A stretch of 64,000 nt of DNA, from positions 9,610,001-9,674,000 of the forward strand of contig OZ024740.1 in NCBI GenBank assembly GCA_964016885.1, in the 5' to 3' direction. Below are positions 37,501-52,500 of the stretch, in pieces; position 1 is the stretch's first letter; every line of letters begins with the position of its first letter. A program made the translations under genes and the position numbers. Below the pieces are notes generated by a model, which saw only the letters and a program-made list of their open reading frames with translations, had not been told where the DNA came from and searched no databases. The DNA comes from Eledone cirrhosa. Lineage: Eukaryota.

Positions 37501-40500
37501 TTTGTCACCAGACTGAGAGAGGGGTGCTGGTGGTAGTCTTGTGGTTGATGTGACCACTGGTCATCTGGTTTAGGTTTGTCACCAGACTGAGAGAGGGGTG
37601 GTTGTGGTAGTATTGTGGTTGATGTGACCACTGGTCATCTGGTTTAGGTTTGTCACCAGACTGAGAAAGGGGTGCTGGTGGTAGTATTGTGGTTGATGGT
37701 ACCACTGGTCATCTGGTTTAGGCTCGTCACGAGACTGAGAGAGGGGTGCTGGTGGTAGTATTGTGGTTGATGGTACCACTGGTCATCTGGTTTAGGCTCG
37801 TCACGAGACTGAGAGAGGGGTGCTGGTGGTAGTATTGTGGTTGATGTGACCACTGGTCATCTGGTTTAGGCTTGTCACCAGACTTAGAGAGGGGTGCTGG
37901 TGGTAGTCTTGTGGTTGATGTGACCACTGGTCATCTGGTTTTAGTTTTGTCACCAGACTGAGAGAGGGGTGCTGGTGGTAGTCTTGTGTTTGATGTGACC
38001 ACTGGTCATCTGGTTTAGGTTTGTCACCAGACTGAGAGAGGGGTGCTTGTGGTAGTATTGTGGTTCATGTGACCACTGGTCATCTGGTTTAGGCTTGTCA
38101 CCAGACTGAGAGAGGGGTGCTGGTGGTAGTCTTCTGGTTGATGTGACCACTGGTCATCTGGTTTAGGCTTGTCACCAGACTGAGAGAGGTGTGCTGGTGG
38201 TAGTCTTGTGGTTGATGTGACCACTGGTCATCTGGTTTAGGCTTGTCACCAGACTGAGAGAGGGGTGCTGGTGGTAGTCTTGTGGTTGATGTGACCACTG
38301 GTCATCTGGTTTAGGCTTGTCACCAGACTGAGAGAGAGGTGCTGGTGGTAGTCTTGTGGTTGATGTGACCACTGGTTATCTGGTTTAGGCTTGTCACCAG
38401 ACTTAGAGAGGGGTGCTGGTGGTTGTCTTGTGGTTGATGTGACCACTGGTCATCTGGTTTAGGTTTGTCACCAGACTGAGAGAGGGGTGCTGGTGGTAGT
38501 CTTGTGGTTGATGTGACCACTGGTCATCTGGTTTAGGTTTGTCACCAGACTGAGAGAGGGGTGCTGGTGGTAGTCTTGTGGTTGATGTGACCACTGGTCA
38601 TCTGGTTTAGGTTTGTCACCAGACTGAGAGAGGGGTGCTTGTGGTAGTCTTGTGGTTGATGTGACCACTGGTCATCTGGTTTAGGCTTGTCACCAGACTG
38701 AGAGAGGGGTGCTGGTGGTAGTCTTGTGGTTGATGTGACCACTGGTCATCTGGTTTAGGTTTGTCACCAGACTGAGAAAGGGGTGCTGGTGGTAGTCTTG
38801 TGGTTGATGTGACCACTGGTCATCTGGTTTAGGCTTGTCACCAGACTGAGAGAGGTGTGCTGGTGGTAGTCTTGTGGTTGATGTGACCACTGGTCATCTG
38901 GTTTAGGATTGTCACCAGACTGAGAGAGGTGTGCTGGCGGTAGTCTTATGGTTGATGTGACCACTGGTCATCTGGTTTAGGTTTTTCACCAGACTGAGAA
39001 AGGGGTGCTTGTCGTAGTCTTGTGGTCGATGTGACCACTGGTCATCTGGTCTAGGTTTGTCACCAGACTGAGAGAGAGGTGTTGGTGGTAGTCTTGTGGT
39101 TGATGTAAACACTGGTCATCTGGTTTAGGTTTTTCACCAGACTGAGAGTGGGGTGCTGGTGATAGTCTTGTTGTGGATGTGACCACTGGTCATCTGGTTT
39201 AGGCTTGTCACCAGACTGAGAGAGGGGTGCTGGTGGTTGATGTGACCACTGGTCATCTGGTTTAGGCTTGCCACCAGACTGAGAGAGAGGTGCTGGTGGT
39301 TGTCTTGTGGTTGATGTGACCACTGGTCATCTGGTTTAGGTTTTTGACCAGACTGAGAGTGGGGTGCTGGTGATAGTCTTGTGGTTGATGTGACCACTGG
39401 TCATCTGGTTTAGGCTTGTCACCAGACTGAGAGAGGGGTGCTGGTGTTAGTCTTGTGGCTGATGTGACCACTGGTCATCTGGTTTATGCTTGTCACCAGA
39501 CTGAGAGAGAGGTGCTGGTGGTTGTCTTGTGGTTGATGTGACCACTGGTCATCAGGTTTAGGTTTTTCACCAGACTGAGAAAGGGGTGCTGGTGATAGTC
39601 ATGTGGTTGATGTGACCACTGGTCATCTGGTTTAGGCTTGTCACCAGACTGAGAGAGGGGTGCTGGTGGTAGTCTTGTGGTTGATGTGACCACTGTTCAT
39701 CTGGTTTAGGTTTGTCACCAGACTGAGAGAGGGGTGCTTGTGGTAGTATTGTGGTTGATGTGACCACTGGTCATCTGGTTTAGGCTTGTCACCAGACTGA
39801 GAGAGGGGTGCTGGTGGTAGTCTTGTGGTTGATGTGACCACTGGTCATCTGGTTTAGGTTTGTCACCAGACTGAGAAAGGGGTGCTGGTGGTAGTCTTGT
39901 GGTTGATGTGACTACTGGACATCTGGTTTAGGCTTGTCACCAGACAGAGAGGGGTGCTTGTAGTAGTATTGTGGTTCATGTGACCACTGGTCATCTGGTT
40001 TAGGCTCGTCACGAGACTGAGAGAGGGGTGCTGGTGGTAGTATTGTGGTTGATGTGACCACTGGTCATCTGGTTTAGGCTTGTCACCAGACTTAGAGAGG
40101 GGTGCTGGTGGTAGTCTTGTGGTTGATGTGACCACTGGTCATCTGGTTTTAGTTTTGTCACCAGACTGAGAGAGGGGTGCTGGTGGTAGTCTTGTGGTTG
40201 ATGTGACCACTGGTCATCTGGTTTTAGTTTTGTCACCAGACTGAGAGAGGGGTGCTGGTGGTAGTCTTGTGGTTGATGTGACCACTGGTCATCTGGTTTA
40301 GGTTTGACACCAGACTGAGAGAGGGGTGCTTGTAGTAGTATTGTGGTTCATGTGACCACTGGTCATCTGGTTTAGGCTTGTCACCAGACTGAGAGAGGGG
40401 TGCTGGTGGTAGTCTTGTGGTTGATGTAACCACTGGTCATCTGGTTTAGGTTAGTCACCAGACTGAGAGAGGGGTGCTGGTGGTAGTCTTGTGGTTGATG

Positions 40501-43500
40501 TGACCACTGGTCATCTGGTTTAGGCTTGTCACCATACTGAGAGAGGGGTGCTGGTGGGTGTCTTGTGGTTGATGTGACCACTGGTCATCTGGTTTAGGCT
40601 TGTCACCATACTGAGAGAGAGGTGCTGGTGGGTGTCTTGTGGTTGATGTGACCACTGGTCATCTGGTTTAGGCTTGTCACCAGACCGAGAGAGGTGTGCT
40701 GGTGGTAGTCTTGTGGTTGATGTGACCACTGGTCATCTGGTTTAGGCTTGTCACCAGACTGAGAGAGGGGTGCTGGTGGTAGTCTTGTGGTTGATGTGAC
40801 CACTGGTCATCTGGTTTAGGCTTGTCACCATACTGAGAGAGGGGTGCTGGTGGGTGTCTTGTGGTTGATGTGACCACTGGTCATCTGGTTTAGGTTTTTC
40901 ACCAGACTGAGAGTAGGGTGCTGGTGGTAGTCTTGTGGTTGATGTGACCACTGGTCATCTAGTCTAGGTTTGTCACCAGACTGAGAGAGAGGTGCTGGTG
41001 GTAGTCTTTTGGTTGATGTGACCACTGGTCATCTGGTTTAGGCTTGTCACCAAACTGAGAGAGGGGTGCTGGTGGTAGTCTTGTGGTCGATGTGACCACT
41101 GGTCATCTGGTCTAGGTTTGTCACCAGACTGAGAGAGAAGTGCTGGTGGTAGTCTTGTGGTTGATGTGACCACTGGTCATCTGGTTTAGGTTTTTCACCA
41201 GACTGAGAAAGGGGTGCTGGTGGTAGTCTTGTGGTTGATGTGACCACTGGTCATCTGGTTTAGGTTTTTCACCGGACTGAGAGAGGTGTGCTGGTGGTAG
41301 CCTTGTGGTTGATTTGACCACTGGTCATCTGGTTTAGGCTTGTCACCAGACTGAGAGAGAGGTGCTGATGGTAGTCGTCTAGTTGATGTGACCACTGGTC
41401 ATCTGGTTAAGGTTTGTCACCATACTGAGAGAGGGGTGCTGGCAGTAGTCTTGGGGTTGATGTGACCATTGGTCATCTGGTTTAGGTTTGTCACCAGACT
41501 GAGAAAGGGGTTCTGGTGGTAGTCTTGTGGTTGATCTGACCTCAGGTCATCTGGCTTAGGTTTGTCACCAGACTGAGAAAGGGGTGCTGGCGGTAGTCTT
41601 GTGGTTGATGTGACCACTGGTCATCTGGTTTAGGTTTGTCACCAGACTGAGAGAGGGGTGCTGGTGGTAGTCTTGTGGTTGATGTGACCACTGGTCATCT
41701 GGTTTAGGTTTGTCACCAGACTGAGAAAGGGGTGCTGGTGGTAGTCTTGTGGTTGATGTGACCTCTGGTCATCTGGTTTAGGTTTGTCACCAGACTGAGA
41801 AAGGGGTGCTGGTGGTAGTCTTGTGGTTGATGTGACCACTGGTCATCTGGTTTAGGTTTGTCACCAGACTGAGAAAGGGGTGCTGGTGGTAGTCTTGTGG
41901 TTGATGTGACCACTGGTCATCTGGTTTAGGTTTGTCACCAGACTGAGATAGGGGTGCTGGTGGTAGTCTTGTGGTTGATGTGACCTCTGGTCATCTGGTT
42001 TAGGTTTGTCACCAGAATGAGAAAGCGGTGCTGGTGGTAGTCTTGTGGTTGATGTGACCACTGGTCATCTGGTTTAGGTTTGTCACCAGACAGAGAAAGG
42101 GGTGCTGGTGGTAATCTTGTGGTTGATGTGACCACTGGTCATCTGGTTTAGGTTTGTCACCAGACAGAGAAAGGGGTGCTGGTGGTAGTCTTGTGGTTGA
42201 TGTGACCACTGGTCATCTGGTTTAGGTTTGTCACCAGACAGAGAAAGGGGTGCTGGTGGTAGTCTTGTGGTTGATGTGACCACTGGTCATCTGGTTTAGG
42301 TTTGTCACCAGACAGTGAAAGGGGTGCTGGTGGTAGTATTGTGGTTGATGTGACCACTGGTCATCTGGTTTAGGTTTGTCACCAGACTGAGAAAGGGGTG
42401 CTGGTGGTAGTCTTGTGTTTGATGTGACGACTGTTCATCTGGTTTAGGTTTGTCACCAGACAGAGAAAGGGGTGCTGGTGATAGTCTTGTGGTTGATGTG
42501 ACCACTGGTCATCTGGTTTAGGCTTGTCACCAGACTGAGAGAGAGGTGCTAGTGGTAGTCTTGTGGTTGATGTGACCACTGGTCATCTAGTCTAGCCTTG
42601 TCACCAGACTGAGAAAGGGGTGCTGGTGGTAGTCTTGCGGTTGATGTGACCTCTGGTCATCTGGTTTAGGTTTGTCACCAGACTGAGAGAGAGGTGCTAG
42701 TGGTAGTCTTGTGGTTGATGTGACCACTGGTCATCTAGTCTAGCCTTATCACCAGACTGAGAAAGGGGTGCTGGTGGTAGTCTTGTGGTTGATGTGACCT
42801 CTGGTCATCTGGTTTAGGTTTGTCACCAGACTGAGAGAGGGGTGCTGGTGGTAGTCTTGTGGTTGATGTGACCACTGGTCATCTGGTTTAGGTTTGTCAC
42901 CACACTGAGAGAGGGCTGCTGGTGGTAGTCTTGTGGTTGATGTGACCACTGGTCATCTGGTTTAGGTTTGTCACCAGACTGAGAAAGGTGTGCTGGTGGT
43001 AGTCTTGTGGTTGATGTGACCTCTGGTCATCTGGTTTAGGTTTGTCACCAGACTGAGAAAGGGGTGCTGGTGGTAGTCTTGTGGTTGATGTGACCACTGG
43101 TCATCTGGTTTAGGTTTGTCACCAGACTGAGAAAGAGGTGCTGGTGGTAGTCTTGTGGTGGATGTAACCTCTGGTCATCTGGTTTAGGTTTGTCACCAGA
43201 CTGAGATAGGGGTGCTGGTGGTAGTCTTGTGGTTGATGTGACCTCTGGTCATCTGGTTTAGGTTTGTCACCAGACTGAGAAAGGGGTGCTGGTCGTAGTC
43301 TTGTGGTTGATGTGACCACTGGTCATCTGGTTTAGGTTTGTCACCAGACAGAGAAAGGGGTGCTGGTGGTAATCTTGTGGTTGATGTGACCACTGGTCAT
43401 CTGGTTTAGGTTTGTCACCAGACAGAGAAAGGGGTGCTGGTGGTAGTCTTGTGGTTGATGTGACCACTGGTCATCTGGTTTAGGCTTGTCACCAGACAGA

Positions 43501-46500
43501 GAAAGGGGTGCTGGTGGTAGTCTTGTGGTTGATTTGACCACTGGTCATCTGGTTTAGGTTTGTCACCAGACAGTGAAAGGGGTGCTGGTGGTAGTATTGT
43601 GGTTGATGTGACCACTGGTCATCTGGTTTAGGTTTGTCACCAGACTGAGAAAGGGGTGCTGGTGGTAGTCTTGTGTTTGATGTGACCACTGTTCATCTGG
43701 TTTAGGTTTGTCACCAGACAGAGAAAGGGGTGCTGGTGATAGTCTTGTGGTTGATGTGACCACTAGTCATCTGGTTTAGGCTTGTCACCAGACTGAGAGA
43801 GAGGTGCTAGTGGTAGTCTTGTGGTTGATGTGACCACTGGTCATCTAGTCTAGCCTTGTCACCAGACTGAGAAAGGGGTGCTGGTGGGAGTCTTGTGGTT
43901 GATGTGACCTCTGGTCATCTGGTTTAGGCTTGTCACAAGACTGAGTGAGATGTGCTGGTGGTAGTCTTGTGGTTGATGTGACCACTGGTCATCTGGTTTA
44001 GGTTTTTCACCAGACTGAGAGTGGGGTGCTGGTGATAGTCTTGTTGTGGATGTGACCACTGGTCATCTGGTTTAGGCTTGTCACCAGAGTGAGAGAGGGG
44101 TGCTGGTGGTTGATGTGACCACTGGCCATCTGGTTTAGGCTTGTCACCAGACTGAGAGAGAGGTGCTAGTGGTTGTCTTGTGGTTGATGTGACCACTGGT
44201 CATCTGGTTTAGTTTTTTCACCAGACTGAGAGTGGGGTGCTGGTGATAGTCTTGTGGTTGATGTGACCACTGGTCATCTGGTTTAGGCTTGTCACCATAC
44301 TGAGAGAGGGGTGCTGGTGGTAGTCTTGTGGCTGATGTGACCACTGGTCATCAGGTTTAGGTTTTTCACCAGACTGAGAGTGGGGTGCTGGTGATAGTCT
44401 TGTGGTTGATGTGACCACTGGTCATCTGGTTTAGGCTTGTCACCAGACATAGAGAGGGGTGCTGGTGGTAGTCTTGTGGTTGATGTGACCACTGGTCATC
44501 TGGTTTAGGCTCGTCACGAGACTGAGAGAGGGGTGCTGGTGGTAGTATTGTGGTTGATGTGACCACTGGTCATCTGGTTTTAGTTTTGTCACCAGAGTGA
44601 GAGAGGGGTGCTGGTGGTAGTCTTGTGGTTGATGTGACCACTGGTCATCTGGTTTAGGCTTGTCACCAGACTGAGAGAGGGGTGCTGGTGGTAGTCTTGT
44701 GGTTGATGTGACCACTGGTCATCTGGTTTAGGTTTGTCACCAGACTGAGAAAGGGGTGCTGGTGGTAGTCTTGTGGTCGATGTGACCACTGGTCATCTGG
44801 TTTAGGTTTTTCACCGGACTGAGAGTGGGGTGCTGGTGTTAGTCTTGTGGTTGATGTGACCACTGGTCATCTGGTTTAGGCTTGTCACCAGACTGAGAGA
44901 GGGGTGCTGGTGGTAGTCTTGTGGTTGATGTGACCACTGGTCATCTGGTTTTAGTTTTGTCACCAGACTGAGAGAGGGGTGCTGGTGGTAGTCTTGTGGT
45001 TGATGTGACCACTGGTCATCTGGTTTAGGTTTGTCACCAGACTGAGAGAGGGGTGCTTGTGGTAGTATTGTGGTTGATGTGACCACTGGTCATCTGGTTT
45101 AGGCTTGTCACCAGACTGAGAGAGGGGTGCTGGTGGTAGTCTTGTGGTTGATGTGACCACTGGTCATCTGGTTTAGGCTTGTCACCAGACTGAGAGAGGT
45201 GTGCTGGTGGTAGTCTTGTGGTTGATGTGACCACTGGTCATCTGGTTTAGGCTTGTCACCAGACTGAGAGAGGGGTGCTGGTGGTAGTCTTGTGGTTGAT
45301 GTGACCACTGGTCATCTGGTTTAGGCTTGTCACCATACTGAGAGAGGGGTGCTGGTGGGTGTCTTGTGGTTGATGTGACCACTGGTCATCTGGTTTAGGT
45401 TTTTCACCAGACTGAGAGTAGGGTGCTGGTGGTAGTCTTGTGGTTGATGTGACCACTGGTCATCTAGTCTAGGTTTGTCACCAGAGTGAGAGAGAGGTGC
45501 TGGTGGTAGTCTTGTGGTTGATGTGACCACTGGTCATCAGGTTTAGGCTTGTCACCATACTGAGAGTGGGGTGCTGGTGGGTGTCTTGTGGTTGATGTGA
45601 CCACTGGTCATCTGGTTTAGGTTTTTCACCAGACTGAGAGTAGGGTGCTGGTGGTAGTCTTGTGGTTGATGTGACCACTGGTCATCTAGTCTAGGTTTGT
45701 CACCAGAGTGAGAGAGAGGTGCTGGTGGTAGTCTTGTGGATGATCTGACCACTGGTCATCTGGTTTAGGCTTGCAACCAGACTGAGAGAGGGGTGCTGGT
45801 GGTAGTCTTGTGGTCGATGTGACCACTGGTCATCTGGTCTAGGTTTGTCACCAGACTGAGAGAGAGGTGCTAGTGGTAGTCTTGTGGTTGATGTGACCTC
45901 TGGTCATCTGGTTTAGGTTTGTCACCAGACTGAGAAAGGGGTGCTGGTGGTAGTCTTGTGGTTGATGTGACCACTGGTCATCTGGTTTAGGTTTGTCACC
46001 AGACTGAGAAAGAGGTGCTGGTGGTAGTCTTGTGGTGGATGTGACCTCTGGTCATCTGGTTTAGGTTTGTCACCAGACTGAGATAGGGGTGCTGGTGGTA
46101 GTCTTGTGGTTGATGTGACCTCTGGTCATCTGGTTTAGGTTTGTCACCAGACTGAGAAAGGGGTGCTGGTGGTAGTCTTGTGGTTGATGTGACCACTGGT
46201 CATCTGGTTTTGGTTTGTCACTAGACAGAGAAAGGGGTGCTGGTGGTAATCTTGTGGTTGATGTGACCACTGGTCATCTGGTTTAGGTTTGTCACCAGAC
46301 AGAGAAAGGGGTGCTGGTGGTAGTCTTGTGGTTGATGTGACCACTGGTCATCTGGTTTAGGTTTGTCACCAGACAGAGAAAGGGGTGCAGGTGGTAGTAT
46401 TGTGGTTGATGTGGCCACTGGTCATCTGGTTTAGGTTTGTCACCAGACAGTGAAAGGGGTGCTGGTGGTAGTATTGTGGTTGATGTGACCACTGGTCATC

Positions 46501-49500
46501 TAGTTTAGGTTTGTCACCAGACTGAGAAAGGGGTGCTGGTGGTATTCTTGTGTTTGATGTGACCACTGTTCATCTGGTTTAGGTTTGTCACCAGACAGAG
46601 AAAGGGGTGCTGGTGATAGTCTTGTGGTTGATGTGACCACTGGTCATCTGGTTTAGGCTTGTCACCAGACTGAGAGAGAGGTGCTAGTGGTAGTCTTGTG
46701 GTTGATGTGACCACTGGTCATCTAATCTAGCCTTGTCACCAGACTGAGAAAGGGGTGCTGGTGGTAGTCTTGCGGTTGATGTGACCTCTGGTCATCTGGT
46801 TTAGGTTTGTCACCAGACTGAGAGAGAGGTGCTAGTGGTAGTCTTGTGGTTGATGTGACCACTGGTCATCTAGTCTAGCCTTATCACCAGACTGAGGAAG
46901 GGGTGCTGGTGGTAGTCATGTGGTTGATGTGACCTCTGGTCATCTGGTTTAGGTTTGTCACCAGACTGAGAGAGAGGTGCTAGTGGTAGTCTTGTGGTTG
47001 ATGTGACCACTGGTCATCTGGTTTAGGTTTGTCACCAGACAGAGAAAGGGGTGCTGGTGGTAGTCTTGTGGTTGATGTGACCACTGGTCATCTGGTTTAG
47101 GTTTGTCACCAGACAGAGAAAGGGGTGCTGGTGGTAATCTTGTGGTTGATGTGACCACTGGTCATCTGGTTTAGGTTTGTCACCAGACAGAGAAAGGGGT
47201 GCTGGTGGTAGTCTTGTGGTTGATGTGACCACTGGTCATCTGGTTTAGGTTTGTCACCAGACAGAGAAAGGGGTGCAGGTGGTAGTCTTGTGGTTGATGT
47301 GGCCACTGGTCATCTGGTTTAGGTTTGTCACCAGACAGTGAAAGGGGTGCTGGTGGTAGTATTGTGGTTGATGTGACCACTGGTCATCTGGTTTAGGTTT
47401 GTCACCAGACTGAGAGAGGGGTGCTGGTGGTAGTCTTGTGGTTGATGTGACCACTGGCCATCTGGTTTAGGTTTGTCACCAGACTGAGAAAGGGGTGCTG
47501 GTGGTAGTCTTGTGGTTGATGTGACCTCTGGTCATCTGGTTTAGGTTTGTCACCACACTGAGAAAGGGGTGCTGGTGGTAGTCTTGTGGTTGATGTGACC
47601 ACTGGTCATCTGGTTTAGGTTTGTCACCAGACTGAGAAAGAGGTGCTGGTGGTAGTCTTGTGGTGGATGTGACCTCTGGTCATCTGGTTTAGGTTTGTCA
47701 CCAGACTGAGATAGGGGTGCTGGTGGTAGTCTTGTGGTTGATGTGACCTCTGGTCATCTGGTTTAGGTTTGTCACCAGACTGAGAAAGGGGTGCTGGTGG
47801 TAGTCTTGTGGTTGATGTGACCACTGGTCATCTGGTTTAGGTTTGTCACCAGACAGAGAAAGGGGTGCTGGTGGTAATCTTGTGGTTGATGTGACCACTG
47901 GTCATCTGGTTTAGGTTTGTCACCAGACAGAGAAAGGGGTGCTGGTGGTAGTCTTGTGGTTGATGTGACCACTGGTCATCTGGTTTAGGTTTGTCACCAG
48001 ACAGAGAAAGGGGTGCTGGTGGTAGTCTTGTGGTTGATGTGACCACTGGTCATCTGGTTTAGGTTTGTCATCAGACAGTGAAAGGGGTGCTGGTGGTAGT
48101 ATTGTGGTTGATGTGACCACTGGTCATCTGGTTTAGGTTTGTCACCAGAATGAGAAAGGGGTGCTGGTGGTAGTCTTGTGTTTGATGTGACCACTGTTCA
48201 TCTGGTTTAGGTTTGTCACCAGACAGAGAAAGGGGTGCTGGTGATAGTCTTGTGGTTGATGTGACCACTGGTCATCTGGTTTAGGCTTGTCACCAGACTG
48301 AGAGAGAGGTGCTAGTGGTAGTCTTGGGGCTGATGTGACCACTGGTCATCTAATCTAGCCATGTCACCAGACTGAGAAAGGGGTGCTGGTGGTAGTCTTG
48401 CGGTTGATGTGACCTCTGGTCATCTGGTTTAGGTTTGTCACCAGACTGAGAGAGAGGTGCTAGTGGTAGTCTTGTGGTTGATGTGACCACTGGTCATCTG
48501 GTTTAGGTTTGTCACCAGACTGAGAGAGGGCTGCTGGTGGTAGTCTTGTGGTTGATGTGACCACTGGTCATCTGGTTTAGGTTTGTCACCAGACTGAGAA
48601 ATGGGTGCTGGTGGTAGTCTTGTGGTTGATGTGACCTCTGGTCATCTGGTTTAGGTTTGTCACCAGACTGAGAAAGGGGTGCTGGTGGTAGTCTTGTGGT
48701 TGATGTGACCACTGGTCATCTGGTTTAGGTTTGTCACCAGACTGAGAAAGAGGTGCTGGTGGTAGTCTTGTGGTGGATGTGACCTCTGGTCATCTGGTTT
48801 AGGTTTGTCACCAGACTGAGATAGGGGTGCTGGTGGTAGTCTTGTGGTTGATGTGACCACTGGTCATCTGGTTTAGGTTTGTCACCAGACAGAGAAAGGG
48901 GTGCTGGTGGTAGTCTTGTGGTTGATGTGACCACTGTTCATCTGGTTTAGGTTTGTCACCAGACTGAGAAAGGGGTGCTGGTGATAGTCTTGTGGTTGAT
49001 GTGACCACTGGTCATCTGGTTTAGGCTTGTCACCAGACTGAGAGAGAGGTGCTAGTGGTAGTCTTGTGGTTGATGTGACCACTGGTCATCTAATCTAGCC
49101 TTGTCACCAGACTGAGAAAGGGGTGCTGGTGGTAGTCTTGCGGTTGATGTGACCTCTGGTCATCTGGTTTAGGTTTGTCACCAGACTGAGAGAGAGGTGC
49201 TAGTGGTAGTCTTGTGGTTGATGTGACCACTGGTCATCTGGTTTAGGTTTTTCACCAGACTGAGAGTAGGGTGCTGGTGGTAGTCTTGTGGTTGATGTGA
49301 CCACTGGTCATCTAGTCTAGGTTTGTCACCAGAGTGAGAGAGAGGTGCTGGTGGTAGTCTTGTGGTTGATGTGACCACTGGTCATCAGGTTTAGGCTTGT
49401 CACCATACTGAGAGTGGGGTGCTGGTGGGTGTCTTGTGGTTGATGTGACCACTGGTCATCTGGTTTAGGTTTTTCACCAGACTGAGAGTAGGGTGCTGGT

Positions 49501-52500
49501 GGTAGTCTTGTGGTTGATGTGACCACTGGTCATCTAGTCTAGGTTTGTCACCAGAGTGAGAGAGAGGTGCTGGTGGTAGTCTTGTGGTTGATCTGACCAC
49601 TGGTCATCTGGTTTAGGCTTGCAACCAGACTGAGAGAGGGGTGCTGGTGGTAGTCTTGTGGTCGATGTGACCACTGGTCATCTGGTCTAGGTTTGTCACC
49701 AGACTGAGAGAGAGGTGCTAGTGGTAGTCTTGTGGTTGATGTGACCTCTGGTCATCTGGTTTAGGTTTGTCACCAGACTGAGAAAGGGGTGCTGGTGGTA
49801 GTCTTGTGGTTGATGTGACCACTGGTCATCTGGTTTAGGTTTGTCACCAGACTGAGAAAGAGGTGCTGGTGGTAGTCTTGTGGTGGATGTGACCTCTGGT
49901 CATCTGGTTTAGGTTTGTCACCAGACTGAGATAGGGGTGCTGGTGGTAGTCTTGTGGTTGATGTGACCTCTGGTCATCTGGTTTAGGTTTGTCACCAGAC
50001 TGAGAAAGGGGTGCTGGTGGTAGTCTTGTGGTTGATGTGACCACTGGTCATCTGGTTTTGGTTTGTCACTAGACAGAGAAAGGGGTGCTGGTGGTAATCT
50101 TGTGGTTGATGTGACCACTGGTCATCTGGTTTAGGTTTGTCACCAGACAGAGAAAGGGGTGCTGGTGGTAGTCTTGTGGTTGATGTGACCACTGGTCATC
50201 TGGTTTAGGTTTGTCACCAGACAGAGAAAGGGGTGCAGGTGGTAGTATTGTGGTTGATGTGGCCACTGGTCATCTGGTTTAGGTTTGTCACCAGACAGTG
50301 AAAGGGGTGCTGGTGGTAGTATTGTGGTTGATGTGACCACTGGTCATCTAGTTTAGGTTTGTCACCAGACTGAGAAAGGGGTGCTGGTGGTATTCTTGTG
50401 TTTGATGTGACCACTGTTCATCTGGTTTAGGTTTGTCACCAGACAGAGAAAGGGGTGCTGGTGATAGTCTTGTGGTTGATGTGACCACTGGTCATCTGGT
50501 TTAGGCTTGTCACCAGACTGAGAGAGAGGTGCTAGTGGTAGTCTTGTGGTTGATGTGACCACTGGTCATCTAATCTAGCCTTGTCACCAGACTGAGAAAG
50601 GGGTGCTGGTGGTAGTCTTGCGGTTGATGTGACCTCTGGTCATCTGGTTTAGGTTTGTCACCAGACTGAGAGAGAGGTGCTAGTGGTAGTCTTGTGGTTG
50701 ATGTGACCACTGGTCATCTAGTCTAGCCTTATCACCAGACTGAGGAAGGGGTGCTGGTGGTAGTCATGTGGTTGATGTGACCTCTGGTCATCTGGTTTAG
50801 GTTTGTCACCAGACTGAGAGAGAGGTGCTAGTGGTAGTCTTGTGGTTGATGTGACCACTGGTCATCTGGTTTAGGTTTGTCACCAGACAGAGAAAGGGGT
50901 GCTGGTGGTAGTCTTGTGGTTGATGTGACCACTGGTCATCTGGTTTAGGTTTGTCACCAGACAGAGAAAGGGGTGCTGGTGGTAATCTTGTGGTTGATGT
51001 GACCACTGGTCATCTGGTTTAGGTTTGTCACCAGACAGAGAAAGGGGTGCTGGTGGTAGTCTTGTGGTTGATGTGACCACTGGTCATCTGGTTTAGGTTT
51101 GTCACCAGACAGAGAAAGGGGTGCAGGTGGTAGTCTTGTGGTTGATGTGGCCACTGGTCATCTGGTTTAGGTTTGTCACCAGACAGTGAAAGGGGTGCTG
51201 GTGGTAGTATTGTGGTTGATGTGACCACTGGTCATCTGGTTTAGGTTTGTCACCAGACTGAGAGAGGGGTGCTGGTGGTAGTCTTGTGGTTGATGTGACC
51301 ACTGGCCATCTGGTTTAGGTTTGTCACCAGACTGAGAAAGGGGTGCTGGTGGTAGTCTTGTGGTTGATGTGACCTCTGGTCATCTGGTTTAGGTTTGTCA
51401 CCACACTGAGAAAGGGGTGCTGGTGGTAGTCTTGTGGTTGATGTGACCACTGGTCATCTGGTTTAGGTTTGTCACCAGACTGAGAAAGAGGTGCTGGTGG
51501 TAGTCTTGTGGTGGATGTGACCTCTGGTCATCTGGTTTAGGTTTGTCACCAGACTGAGATAGGGGTGCTGGTGGTAGTCTTGTGGTTGATGTGACCTCTG
51601 GTCATCTGGTTTAGGTTTGTCACCAGACTGAGAAAGGGGTGCTGGTGGTAGTCTTGTGGTTGATGTGACCACTGGTCATCTGGTTTAGGTTTGTCACCAG
51701 ACAGAGAAAGGGGTGCTGGTGGTAATCTTGTGGTTGATGTGACCACTGGTCATCTGGTTTAGGTTTGTCACCAGACAGAGAAAGGGGTGCTGGTGGTAGT
51801 CTTGTGGTTGATGTGACCACTGGTCATCTGGTTTAGGTTTGTCACCAGACAGAGAAAGGGGTGCTGGTGGTAGTCTTGTGGTTGATGTGACCACTGGTCA
51901 TCTGGTTTAGGTTTGTCATCAGACAGTGAAAGGGGTGCTGGTGGTAGTATTGTGGTTGATGTGACCACTGGTCATCTGGTTTAGGTTTGTCACCAGAATG
52001 AGAAAGGGGTGCTGGTGGTAGTCTTGTGTTTGATGTGACCACTGTTCATCTGGTTTAGGTTTGTCACCAGACAGAGAAAGGGGTGCTGGTGATAGTCTTG
52101 TGGTTGATGTGACCACTGGTCATCTGGTTTAGGCTTGTCACCAGACTGAGAGAGAGGTGCTAGTGGTAGTCTTGGGGCTGATGTGACCACTGGTCATCTA
52201 ATCTAGCCTTGTCACCAGACTGAGAAAGGGGTGCTGGTGGTAGTCTTGCGGTTGATGTGACCTCTGGTCATCTGGTTTAGGTTTGTCACCAGACTGAGAG
52301 AGAGGTGCTAGTGGTAGTCTTGTGGTTGATGTGACCACTGGTCATCTGGTTTAGGTTTGTCACCAGACTGAGAGAGGGCTGCTGGTGGTAGTCTTGTGGT
52401 TGATGTGACCACTGGTCATCTGGTTTAGGTTTGTCACCAGACTGAGAAATGGGTGCTGGTGGTAGTCTTGTGGTTGATGTGACCTCTGGTCATCTGGTTT